A stretch of 64,000 nt of DNA from positions 20,752-84,751 of the forward strand of contig JAKBVZ010000020.1 of NCBI GenBank assembly GCA_021841005.1. The letters run 5' to 3'. Origin of the DNA: Actinomycetes bacterium (GTDB taxonomy: Bacteria; Actinomycetota; Acidimicrobiia; Acidimicrobiales; JAMCPL01). The notes beneath the pieces were generated by a model. The model was not told the DNA's origin and searched no databases. It saw only the letters and a program-made list of their open reading frames with translations. The translations under genes were made by a program, and so were the position numbers. Shown in pieces: positions 1 to 8,753 of the stretch. Every line of letters starts with the position of its first letter. Positions within the stretch are counted from its first letter, which is position 1.

Positions 1-131
1 CACCAGTATGCCGGTGTACGTCAACAAGGATGCGTGCATAGCAACTGTTGCCAATGACGAAATGCATGTAGGATCATGAGCGGGCAGGCGGGCTTCTGGA
101 ACAGGTAAGCCGACGGAACGGGAACGGGACA

Positions 132-563
132 ATGGACATGACAGGTATATCAAATATGTCGAGCATACGTATGAGGTGCCGGAAATGCGGGCGGATTGCA
201 GCCGGAGCGGCAGCGCTGTCTTTGGCAACGTCACTTGCAGCCTGTGGCGGGCTACCTGCTTCTCCTGCAGTGCAAAAAGGCATAACGCCGGGCAAGCTTC
301 CACAGGGTCCAGTAGCTGCGGTCGTGCAAACGAGATACGTTGCTTTCGAACCGTCCACGGTTACGATACACACGGGCCAGGCTGTGGAGTGGGTCATGGA
401 TGACGGCCCTATACCTGGGAATATCCACTTCCCGCGCCTTCATGTTACCAGCCCGACGGAATCAAGCGGAAAGTGGTACCACACCTTCCACAAGGCCGGC
501 GTCTATCGCTATGTATCCACCATTCACTCAACCATGTTTGGAAAAGTAATCGTCAAACCCTGA
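132..563 (+). CDS. Cupredoxin-fold lipoprotein (amicyanin/plastocyanin-like) with Ser in place of the Cys copper ligand
   Basis: Lipobox LAAC follows a basic/hydrophobic N-terminus. The C-terminal motif GNIHF...YRYVSTIHSTMFGKVIVKP aligns to the type-1 copper pattern H...C-x2-H-x2-M. The codon at the Cys position is tcc (Ser). Confidence 0.6.
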   Translation: MDMTGISNMSSIRMRCRKCGRIAAGAAALSLATSLAACGGLPASPAVQKGITPGKLPQGPVAAVVQTRYVAFEPSTVTIHTGQAVEWVMDDGPIPGNIHFPRLHVTSPTESSGKWYHTFHKAGVYRYVSTIHSTMFGKVIVKP

Positions 564-658
564 AGGTCAATACATCCTCTTTGACAATAGGTGCCGACGG
601 ACGTATACACGGAAAACCACCTCAGGTCAGCCGCCCCGTCCGTCTGCCTCTACATACC

Positions 659-2323
659 TCAAGGTTTGGGGATCGCGGAAGGCGGCGGTACCCAGGGTGC
701 CGAGGATCCACCACTTCCGAAACATTCAAGTTGCTTACCCACTGGTAAGCTGGGCCCCTCGTTATATCCGGGATATGTATAAAACGTACCGTGGTTGCAA
801 GCAATGAAAGCGCCGACTCCGTGAGTCACGGCTCCCTGCGCACTGTTGTTCCAGTAGGTTATCTGAAAATTGGACGGAGTCGTATAGTGGCCAGGCAGGA
901 ACGCCCACCCCCCCATAGATGCGTCCTGCACGGACGGGGGAAGCGACCACATCCCTCTCTGAAAACTTTGCGGGGTAAGATCAGGTCCCGCCTGCTGGAG
1001 GGCGCTGAATAGCAGGAGTACGCTCCCATACGCCGCTCCAGCAGTCACCACATTGATAAGTCCATGCAACTGGTGGCCAGTTGCCAGCTTGTAGGCAAGT
1101 ACGTACTCCTGATCCTGTGGTGGAGTCGTCTGGACAAACGACGTAATTGCGTGTGCCCACTCCGCCTTATCAGCAGGAGAACTCATTATGCCTCTAGTTA
1201 TCCCATCACCAAGCGTCATGGGTACCCACTCAGGATAGTAGTGCTGCTGTGCAGCGGCAGTTGCCATGAACGCGGGTGTAACCGGGTCACATCCGCATAT
1301 CACCGTAGTCACTCCCTTGTTGCGAAAATCGGCCATAACCGCAGTAGACTCGGTCTCCACGCTGCCAAAGTTGGTGATCGAGTAGACAAACTGAGCCGCC
1401 ACGGGAATATGCGCAGCCTTGAGGGCGCCCGTAACCTCCTGAGCGCATGGCCTTAGAAAGGCAGCATCGGGATATATTAGGCCTATCTTGGCAGGTAAAT
1501 CATGCAAGTGCTTTCCGGCAGCATATATGGCTGGGAGCCCGTAGATGGAGTTCTTCACTATCTCGACGACACTCTGCATGAATTTGGAACAACTAGCAAT
1601 GGTGGAGTATTCGTAAGGTGCATTTTGGGCAAACCAGGAGTGCGGCATGAACTCTCCGCCTATGGCGATTATGTGGTGCTGTGCCAGGGCTGTGTCGTAA
1701 GGTGGAGCAGAGTATAGCTCTGACATATCGGCAAAAGCATGGAGAGACGCTGCCGTCTGGGCATCCGCCTCGGCCTGTTTCTGGTCCTGCCCTAGTAATT
1801 CATTTACATAGCAACCCTGCCCGTTAAAGTACTTGATGACAACTTTCCTACCCCAGAGTTCGAAGTCCTTGTTGAAAAGGGATACATAGATATTCGTCAT
1901 CCTCTTGAAGAGTGCCTCTGAGGCAATCGAACTGCTCTCCATGCTGGCGAGTACTGAGCAAAGTCCTTCGTTGCTGGCGTAGTTGACCGATACGTTGATG
2001 GTCTTTGCAGTCACAGCCAGCGGATCAGCCTTATCGGTCGCTCCACCGTTGTTGCCGCGCCACTTCGGCACGCAGTACGGTGCATACAGCGACCAGGGAA
2101 CCTGCCTCCGACCGGGCGTACACACATATCCACCCACCGTCGTGCCCGCCAGCCCCTCGCCGGGAGGCTTGTAAGGAATAAACCCTACTCCATTCGAGGT
2201 CGATGGTACCGCAACCCCGGTGCTGTGAAGCGAGGGAACAAAGACCATCACAAGGGCAAACGCAACTACGCCTATCAGAAGCCCCTTGTAGCGGAGCACA
2301 ACGGCGAATAATTTCTTCTGCAT
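659..2323 (-). CDS. ABC transporter substrate-binding protein, branched-chain amino acid (Liv) type
   Basis: Long ORF with an N-terminal membrane anchor/signal (MQKKLFAVVLRYKGLLIGVVAFALVMVF). It lies directly downstream of the Liv-type permease/ATPase gene on the same strand. I moved the start to the ATG at 2323 (ORF track gives 2386). The family call rests on context and overall look, not a search. Confidence 0.6.
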   Translation of the reverse strand: MQKKLFAVVLRYKGLLIGVVAFALVMVFVPSLHSTGVAVPSTSNGVGFIPYKPPGEGLAGTTVGGYVCTPGRRQVPWSLYAPYCVPKWRGNNGGATDKADPLAVTAKTINVSVNYASNEGLCSVLASMESSSIASEALFKRMTNIYVSLFNKDFELWGRKVVIKYFNGQGCYVNELLGQDQKQAEADAQTAASLHAFADMSELYSAPPYDTALAQHHIIAIGGEFMPHSWFAQNAPYEYSTIASCSKFMQSVVEIVKNSIYGLPAIYAAGKHLHDLPAKIGLIYPDAAFLRPCAQEVTGALKAAHIPVAAQFVYSITNFGSVETESTAVMADFRNKGVTTVICGCDPVTPAFMATAAAQQHYYPEWVPMTLGDGITRGIMSSPADKAEWAHAITSFVQTTPPQDQEYVLAYKLATGHQLHGLINVVTAGAAYGSVLLLFSALQQAGPDLTPQSFQRGMWSLPPSVQDASMGGWAFLPGHYTTPSNFQITYWNNSAQGAVTHGVGAFIACNHGTFYTYPGYNEGPSLPVGKQLECFGSGGSSAPWVPPPSAIPKP

Positions 2324-2411
2324 TATCAATCTCCCATCCGGTTCGATATCAGGTGACCTACCTTTGGCATCTCCACGACACCGCAATCCCGCAGCCTCAG
2401 CTCCTTCATGA

Positions 2412-5400
2412 TCAGTTCCCTACTCCGGAAAGGACTCCCTCGTCCTTACCATGCGTACCACCTCCGGACGGCGGTGAGTCCTCCTCCGTCCCGAGATATG
2501 ACGCCATCACTTCAGGGTTCTCTAGGACATCGGCAGTGCCGCCTTCAGCTATCACCTCACCTATATGCATACAGACAAGGCGATCAGAGATGGAAGCAAC
2601 CAGCGGAACGTCGTGTTCTATGACCAGAAATGCTGCCCCCGTCTCTTCCCTCAATCCGAGTATCAGCTCACCCAAAGCCTCTGACTCACGCTGCGCTATG
2701 CCTGAAGTCGGCTCGTCCAGCAACAGTACCTTCGGCTCATGTGCGAGGAGACAGGTGAACTCGAGAATACGGCGGGTGCCGGTTGAAAGCTCGCTGACAA
2801 AGTTGCCGCGAAAACGCTCCAAGCCCATATCCCTGAGCAAGCGCAGGGCCTTGACATATATTTCCGCCTCCGACTCCTTGGCGGCAGCAAGGCCTAGAGT
2901 ACATGCAATCGGATCTTTCACCGCCACGTGCTGCTCGCAGGCTGTCGCTATAGCATCGAGCACCGTCATGGCCGGGAAAAGCCTTGCGTCCTGGAATACC
3001 CTGCCAAGCCCTCTCGAAGCTCTCTGCGAGGGAGCTAGCGCGGTGATGTCTTCACCCGACATGAAGACCCTCCCCTGATCAGGCTTGAGAAATCCCGAAC
3101 AAACATCGAAAAGTGTCGTCTTACCCGCACCGTTGGTACCGATAATACCAACTATCTCGCCAGGACCCACCTGCACGCTCACGTCATGCAACGCAGCAAC
3201 TCCTCCATACTGCTTCGACACGCCTACAACTTCAAATGCCGGCATAGTGCTACAGTCACTGCCAGCTTTCTTCTCACTGGCTGCAATCCCACCCGAACCG
3301 ACAGCGCTCGCAATCATGCCGCCCGAAGCCATACCGCCCATCGCAATACCGGGCTGCGCGGGTGCTGCGCTGGATGTTACAGGCTGTATGCGACTCTGTG
3401 TGGGTTCCGGCTCGCGCGATTCCGTTGAATACTCACTGCTCATTGAAGCCGAGGCGAAGCCTTGCGTAGCGGTCCTGCCTACCCTGGCTTTCATGGCCGC
3501 AGAAATGAAAACCGAACGTAACAACGTGGGCTGCTGGGAAAGATCCGGCGTCGGACCGCTGAAACGTATCCTCCCTCTTTCCATGAAAACGGCCCGATTG
3601 GATATCGCCGTAGCGACATTGATCGACTGCTCCACGACCACGATGGTCACACCACTCTTGGCGAGATCAGTGACAACTTTGAGCAGGTCATTGACAACCG
3701 TAGGAGCAAGTCCCAGAGACAGCTCATCAATCATCAACAACTTCGGTTTGCAGAGCAGGGCCTGGCTGAGCGCAAGCATCTGCTGCTCCCCTCCGGAAAG
3801 CAATTCCGCCTTGTTGCGCAATCTGTTACGCAACTGGGGAAAGAGCTGAAGTACCCGGTCAGTGGCAGCTTCGACAAACGCCAACGCATCATCACTTTTG
3901 GAATGCTTCACCATCCATGCACCCATAGTGAGGTTCTCCTCTACACTTAGAGATGGAAATATACCTCTTCCTCCCAGCACAGCCACAAGTCCTGACCTCA
4001 CGCGATCAACAGCACTCTTATCCGTGATCTCTCGGCCTACAAAGGAAATCTTGCCTTCTCCAGGCTGCATCAGTCCTGCCAGAGTCCGCAAGGTGGTCGT
4101 CTTGCCGGCTCCGTTGGTACCCAGAAGGGCAAGCACCTCTCCCTGGGCAATACTGAAATTGACGTTGTAGAGTACCTGCGAACTGCCTATTGAGAGATCG
4201 ACATCACTAGCAGCCATTATCGGTACCCGACCTGTTGGAGGTCCTGCATAGGGTGCGGCCGGATGTGACTTGCCAGCATCCTGCTGGGCATCCATGGTAA
4301 CCTCCAGATCTTCCAGGGCGCCAAGGCGCAAGGCGGCAGAGCGCGCCATACTCCTATGGGCAGCCCCATCCCATCCCTGGTTACCATCATGGTCAACCAA
4401 GATACCCGCAAGGATCGCCTCCCCATCTACGTCAACCTTGGAAGCAATTGGTACAGATGGGGCAGGCGTGCCGTGCAGATCTCCGGTAATGCCCCGGCGT
4501 TTCACAAACGTAGCGAGTAAGCGGTCCCTGGCCGCAAAATAGAGCCACCCGAGCCCTTCAGGAGCTATCATCAGGATGACAAGCAACCCAACTCCCTGAG
4601 CCAGGTACTGCCATGCACCAGGCAAATGCCCCATCAGCTCGAAGAACACTGCCCCAAGCAGCCCCCCCGAAAGAGATCCAAGACCGCCCACCACAACCAC
4701 GGCAAAAATCATAACTGACTCGTTGGGATCGAAACCTGCATACCCTATGCCCTGGTTCTGAAGGACCAGCAAGGAACCAGCCAACCCAGCTATGGCCCCT
4801 GAGATGGCGAATACCATCAGCTTAGCGCGGAAGGAGCTAATGCCGTAAGCCGATGCCGCTCTGGCATTATCCCTCATGGCCACTACAGCCCTACCGGCTC
4901 TAGAATTACGAAAATTGGCAGCTAGGTATATCCCCACAACCAATACAAGAGCCGACAGCACGTACATCCAACGTTGCGAGTTCAGGTCGAAACGACCAAA
5001 AAGCACTGGCCTGGGCACGTTGGCAGGATTGAATAGCGGGAAGAAAGTGGAGGACAGCAGCCAGGTGGATGTCATCACTGCGAATGCCAGTGTAATGACT
5101 GCAAGGTACAACCCCGGAATGCGCAATGCCGGTATACCCATCACAACTGCCGCCACTGCGCCTACCAACGCTGATATCAGCATGGCAAGCAGGAGTTCGA
5201 CATGTAAATGGACGAGAAGCGCTCCCGTGGTAGCTGCGCCCACTCCCGCAATAGCGTACTGCCCAAGGCTGATCTGACCGCCCCATCCTGACAACATCAC
5301 CACCGATACGGCCAGCAAGCCATATATCGCAACAAAGGTAAACGTAGTCAACCATGTGGCGTTGAACGTCAAGGGGAGCACCACAAGCACCACCGCACCC

Positions 5401-6512
5401 AGAACGAAATATCCAATCTGGCGAGCAGCCCTGATCTCTTTCATACTTGCCAGTGCCGCCGGTATGGGGCGTATCTCGCGAAACGCTACATATCCCCCAA
5501 ATCCTGCGTCACTCGTTCGCTTCTGTTCGCGGCGCCTGAAAAGCAACGCTACAAGTATGAAGAAGAATGCAGCCACTCTTACATACGTGCTCTGGTGATA
5601 TGACCAGTAGACACCCTGATCCAGAACCCTTAACGCGATTGACCAAACCACTGCCATCGGCAATGAATCCATACCGGCCAGCACGGCTGCCGCCAGCGGA
5701 ATAAGCAATGATTCAGGGCCAGTAGCAACTCCCAGGCTTATGCCCTTTATCGGCGCAGTCAGTATGGCAGCTATCCCCGACAGTACTGTCGCCACCACCC
5801 AAACGATCATGGACAACCGCTTCACGGGTATACCGAGTAGGGTTGCACGCTCTTCGGAATCCGCGGAAGCTCGTATGGCTACGCCCGTATCGGTAGTTTG
5901 GAAGAACCAGTATAGCCCCAGCAGTGCAAGAGGGACAACAGCCAGAGCAATAAGATAATTACCGTTGAAAGTAATGGGGTTGATAGTGAACGACGCCGAG
6001 AACGGAGTAGTAAAAGTGGTCGTAGGAGAGATATTGTGAAACATATCCGGGAGTGCCACCTCGCCGGCCCCGAGTATCTGTGCTATGCCAATGGTAGCGA
6101 CCGTGAATATAAGTCTTGGAGTCTTGGAAAACCATTTGACCACGACCAAATCTATGAGCACTCCTACGACCACGGCCACCAAGAGACCTACAACAATCGC
6201 CACCCAGTAATTCCAGTGCTCGCCAACAACCGCAACAACCGCAACAGCCGCTGCCATGCCACCCATAGCACTCTGGGCAAAATTGAATATCCTAGTTGCT
6301 CGGTATATCAGTACCAGCCCCATCGCTGTCAGCGATGTGAGGCCACCCAGTACCACCCCCTGGAAAATCACTCCGGGAGGCAGGCCTGAAGGAAGCACCT
6401 GGCGCAAGATAAGATAGGCTACTGCGATCCCGAGCACCCAAACCCCGGCAAATACTGCTTTTCGCTGTCGCTGTTTCATCTGCGGAAAGATCAGAGAGGA
6501 TAGCTCCATCAC
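2412..6512 (-). CDS. Four-domain fused Liv-type ABC importer (LivH-like permease + LivM-like permease + two ATPase domains)
   Basis: Uninterrupted 1366-codon ORF. Two polytopic permease halves occupy about aa 1-330 and 340-690. Two nucleotide-binding domains follow, with Walker A GTNGAGKTTT and GTNGAGKTTL and signatures LSGGEQQ and LSTGTRR. The C-terminus ENPEVMASYLG is LivG-type. A Gly/Ala/Met-rich linker separates the ATPase domains. The ATG at 6509 is the likely true start (AAGGAG 7 nt upstream). Confidence 0.85.
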   Translation of the reverse strand: MMELSSLIFPQMKQRQRKAVFAGVWVLGIAVAYLILRQVLPSGLPPGVIFQGVVLGGLTSLTAMGLVLIYRATRIFNFAQSAMGGMAAAVAVVAVVGEHWNYWVAIVVGLLVAVVVGVLIDLVVVKWFSKTPRLIFTVATIGIAQILGAGEVALPDMFHNISPTTTFTTPFSASFTINPITFNGNYLIALAVVPLALLGLYWFFQTTDTGVAIRASADSEERATLLGIPVKRLSMIVWVVATVLSGIAAILTAPIKGISLGVATGPESLLIPLAAAVLAGMDSLPMAVVWSIALRVLDQGVYWSYHQSTYVRVAAFFFILVALLFRRREQKRTSDAGFGGYVAFREIRPIPAALASMKEIRAARQIGYFVLGAVVLVVLPLTFNATWLTTFTFVAIYGLLAVSVVMLSGWGGQISLGQYAIAGVGAATTGALLVHLHVELLLAMLISALVGAVAAVVMGIPALRIPGLYLAVITLAFAVMTSTWLLSSTFFPLFNPANVPRPVLFGRFDLNSQRWMYVLSALVLVVGIYLAANFRNSRAGRAVVAMRDNARAASAYGISSFRAKLMVFAISGAIAGLAGSLLVLQNQGIGYAGFDPNESVMIFAVVVVGGLGSLSGGLLGAVFFELMGHLPGAWQYLAQGVGLLVILMIAPEGLGWLYFAARDRLLATFVKRRGITGDLHGTPAPSVPIASKVDVDGEAILAGILVDHDGNQGWDGAAHRSMARSAALRLGALEDLEVTMDAQQDAGKSHPAAPYAGPPTGRVPIMAASDVDLSIGSSQVLYNVNFSIAQGEVLALLGTNGAGKTTTLRTLAGLMQPGEGKISFVGREITDKSAVDRVRSGLVAVLGGRGIFPSLSVEENLTMGAWMVKHSKSDDALAFVEAATDRVLQLFPQLRNRLRNKAELLSGGEQQMLALSQALLCKPKLLMIDELSLGLAPTVVNDLLKVVTDLAKSGVTIVVVEQSINVATAISNRAVFMERGRIRFSGPTPDLSQQPTLLRSVFISAAMKARVGRTATQGFASASMSSEYSTESREPEPTQSRIQPVTSSAAPAQPGIAMGGMASGGMIASAVGSGGIAASEKKAGSDCSTMPAFEVVGVSKQYGGVAALHDVSVQVGPGEIVGIIGTNGAGKTTLFDVCSGFLKPDQGRVFMSGEDITALAPSQRASRGLGRVFQDARLFPAMTVLDAIATACEQHVAVKDPIACTLGLAAAKESEAEIYVKALRLLRDMGLERFRGNFVSELSTGTRRILEFTCLLAHEPKVLLLDEPTSGIAQRESEALGELILGLREETGAAFLVIEHDVPLVASISDRLVCMHIGEVIAEGGTADVLENPEVMASYLGTEEDSPPSGGGTHGKDEGVLSGVGN

Positions 6513-6822
6513 ATACTCCTTATCACAATTAGGTCATTCCCGCCAGCCGGTACATACCCGCAACTCCGATCCCTACAACCCACCTCACTCGGCTTGTTCC
6601 GCATGTACGTGGAGTGCGACATACATAGCATGTTGCCTGCCACCGGCAAGCCGCGTGACCCTACTTTCTGACATAGTATCAGGTGTCTTGGCGATAGACA
6701 TTGAATAATATACAAAAACAGCTATCTCGTGAAAGACATTATCCAATCGTCTACCTAGTGCCTGAACCCTGGTATATGTTGCGCATTATACTCTACCGGA
6801 GCGCTCCACTAGTATTATTGAT

Positions 6823-8748
6823 ATGAAGTTCAAAACCTCTTCTCGAATGACCACCGGTACAACGCAACCCATGGCCAGATCTACGCGGGCCGATCGGCTG
6901 GCTGATCGTTCCCTGGAAGGGCTCTGCAGGGCAATCCTCCCGGTGCATGCTAACGAAGATAACGTTGCGGCCAACACGGCAACCCTGAAGCGATTCCTCG
7001 GCTACCAGCCGGCTTATGTGAACGTCGCAACTCGAATGGGCGCCGGTGCAGTGGATCTCTTGGCGAGAGCCGTATCCGGTAGATCCCTACAGAACGCCAC
7101 CGCCGACGATCAGGAACGGGTGATGTCACTGTTGACCCGGACCACGCTCGGAAGCAACGCGATGGAAGGCCTCAAAGCCCTTGTGCTGCTGGCTGCCGGA
7201 TCGGAAATGGCAACTGCCGAAATACTCGAAACCGCGCGCAATACCGACATCGTGAGACCAGACGCTGCCTTGGACGTAACGCCCTCGATATCCTGGCCTC
7301 AGGCCAGCCACTTCGACGCCGTCGTGATAGGGTCTGGCGCAGGTGGAGCTATGGCTGCAATGGAGTTGGCGGGCGCAGGCATGAGTGTCGCCATTATCGA
7401 GGAAGGACGGCGCTGGACCGTTGAAGAGTTCCGTACCATCCATCCCTTGGATCGTTTCGCAGGGCTGTACAGGGACGGGGGATCCACCATGGCGCTGGGA
7501 CAGCCTCCGATCGTACTCCCGATAGGACGGGCGGTAGGTGGAACGACGGTGGTCAACTCGGGAACATGCTACAAGACTCCCAAGGAAGTATTGCTCGACT
7601 GGCGCGATAAAGCAGGCTTCAGCCTTGCGGATCCGGACTCCCTAATGCCGGAACTGGACAGGGTGTGGGAGCTGATCCAGGTAGGTCCCGTTCCGCTTGA
7701 TGTAATGGGCATAAATGGAAAGATCGTTATATCCGGCGCGGAAAAATTGGGTTGGTCCACCGGTCCGTTGGACAGGAACGCTCCCGGATGCGGCGGCACC
7801 TGCCAGTGCGCCATAGGATGCCCGAAGAACGCCAAGTTCGGCGTACATCTGAATGCCCTTCCCAGAGCCTGTGCATCAGGAGCTCGGATCATCTCGGAAG
7901 CAAGAGCGTCCCGAATCATGGTGGAGAACGGGCACGCTACAGGTGTACTAGCGTACCGATCAGACGGATCCACCTTCAAGGTGCTCGCTCCTCGCGTAAT
8001 CGTAGCTGCAGGCACTACGATGAGTCCGTTACTGCTCAGGAGAAGTGGACTCGGAAAACACCACATGATTGGGAGGAACATGGCCATTCATCCCGCAGTA
8101 GGAGTGGCGGGTCGCTTCGAGGAGCCAGTGGTGGCATGGCATGGCGTTCTACAGAGTGCATATGTCGATCAGATCCATGCCGAACATGGAGTGCTGCTGG
8201 AAGCCACCTCCACTCCACCAGGCATGGGATCCATGATCCTGCCGGGCTTCGGAGGCAAGCTGGTAACCGAGCTGGAGCAAGCAGATCATCTGGGCGCTCT
8301 CGGCGGGATGGTGGCCGATTTGTCTGTTGGCAGGGTCATCGGAAGGAACCAGGCGACCATTATCTACAATCTCTCGAAACGAGATGGCAGGAGACTCCTG
8401 GAAGCCATACGGGGAGCCGGCAAGGTACTACTGGCCGCAGGCGCCATGGAAATCCTCACGGGCATTCCCGGTCAATCACCGGTACGATCCGAGCAGGATC
8501 TGGACGACGCTATTTCTCGCGCTGATCCAAAGTCATTGCACCTGGCGGCTTTTCATCCTGTCGGGACAGTTGCAGCAGGATCGGATCCCGGCAGGTTCCC
8601 AGTTGAACCGACTGGATCACTACGAGGCACGAGCGGTGTGTGGGTAGCCGATGGATCCCTGATGCCAACCTGCCCCGGAGTGAACCCGCAAGTTACCATC
8701 ATGGCGCTCTCGCTGGCGGTCGCAAAAAGCATTATCGATCAGCAGTAG
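6823..8748 (+). CDS. GMC-family FAD-dependent oxidoreductase with about 150-aa N-terminal extension
   Basis: Rossmann FAD motif VVIGSGAGGAMAAMELAGAGMSVAIIEEG. C-terminal GMC-like region GVWVADGSLMPTCPGVNPQVTIMALS. Confidence 0.75.
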   Translation: MKFKTSSRMTTGTTQPMARSTRADRLADRSLEGLCRAILPVHANEDNVAANTATLKRFLGYQPAYVNVATRMGAGAVDLLARAVSGRSLQNATADDQERVMSLLTRTTLGSNAMEGLKALVLLAAGSEMATAEILETARNTDIVRPDAALDVTPSISWPQASHFDAVVIGSGAGGAMAAMELAGAGMSVAIIEEGRRWTVEEFRTIHPLDRFAGLYRDGGSTMALGQPPIVLPIGRAVGGTTVVNSGTCYKTPKEVLLDWRDKAGFSLADPDSLMPELDRVWELIQVGPVPLDVMGINGKIVISGAEKLGWSTGPLDRNAPGCGGTCQCAIGCPKNAKFGVHLNALPRACASGARIISEARASRIMVENGHATGVLAYRSDGSTFKVLAPRVIVAAGTTMSPLLLRRSGLGKHHMIGRNMAIHPAVGVAGRFEEPVVAWHGVLQSAYVDQIHAEHGVLLEATSTPPGMGSMILPGFGGKLVTELEQADHLGALGGMVADLSVGRVIGRNQATIIYNLSKRDGRRLLEAIRGAGKVLLAAGAMEILTGIPGQSPVRSEQDLDDAISRADPKSLHLAAFHPVGTVAAGSDPGRFPVEPTGSLRGTSGVWVADGSLMPTCPGVNPQVTIMALSLAVAKSIIDQQ

Positions 8749-8753
8749 GTTAC

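Noticed and set aside
2-79. A possible 3-prime end of a gene entering from the left edge (...MPVYVNKDACIATVANDEMHVGS*).
   Set aside because: Only 25 codons are visible, which is too short to support any call.
598-643. The inverted repeat GACGGACG...CGTCCGTC between the convergent cupredoxin and binding-protein genes, considered as a bidirectional terminator.
   Set aside because: An 8-bp stem with a loop of about 30 nt and no U-tract is too weak to call a terminator.
2203-3849. Long plus-strand ORFs (2203..3078, 3085..3849, and further ones to 6389) opposite the fused ABC gene.
   Set aside because: They are antisense shadows of a well-supported 1366-codon gene. Their Pro/Ser/Ala/Arg-rich composition is typical of antisense frames, and they have no motifs or RBS.
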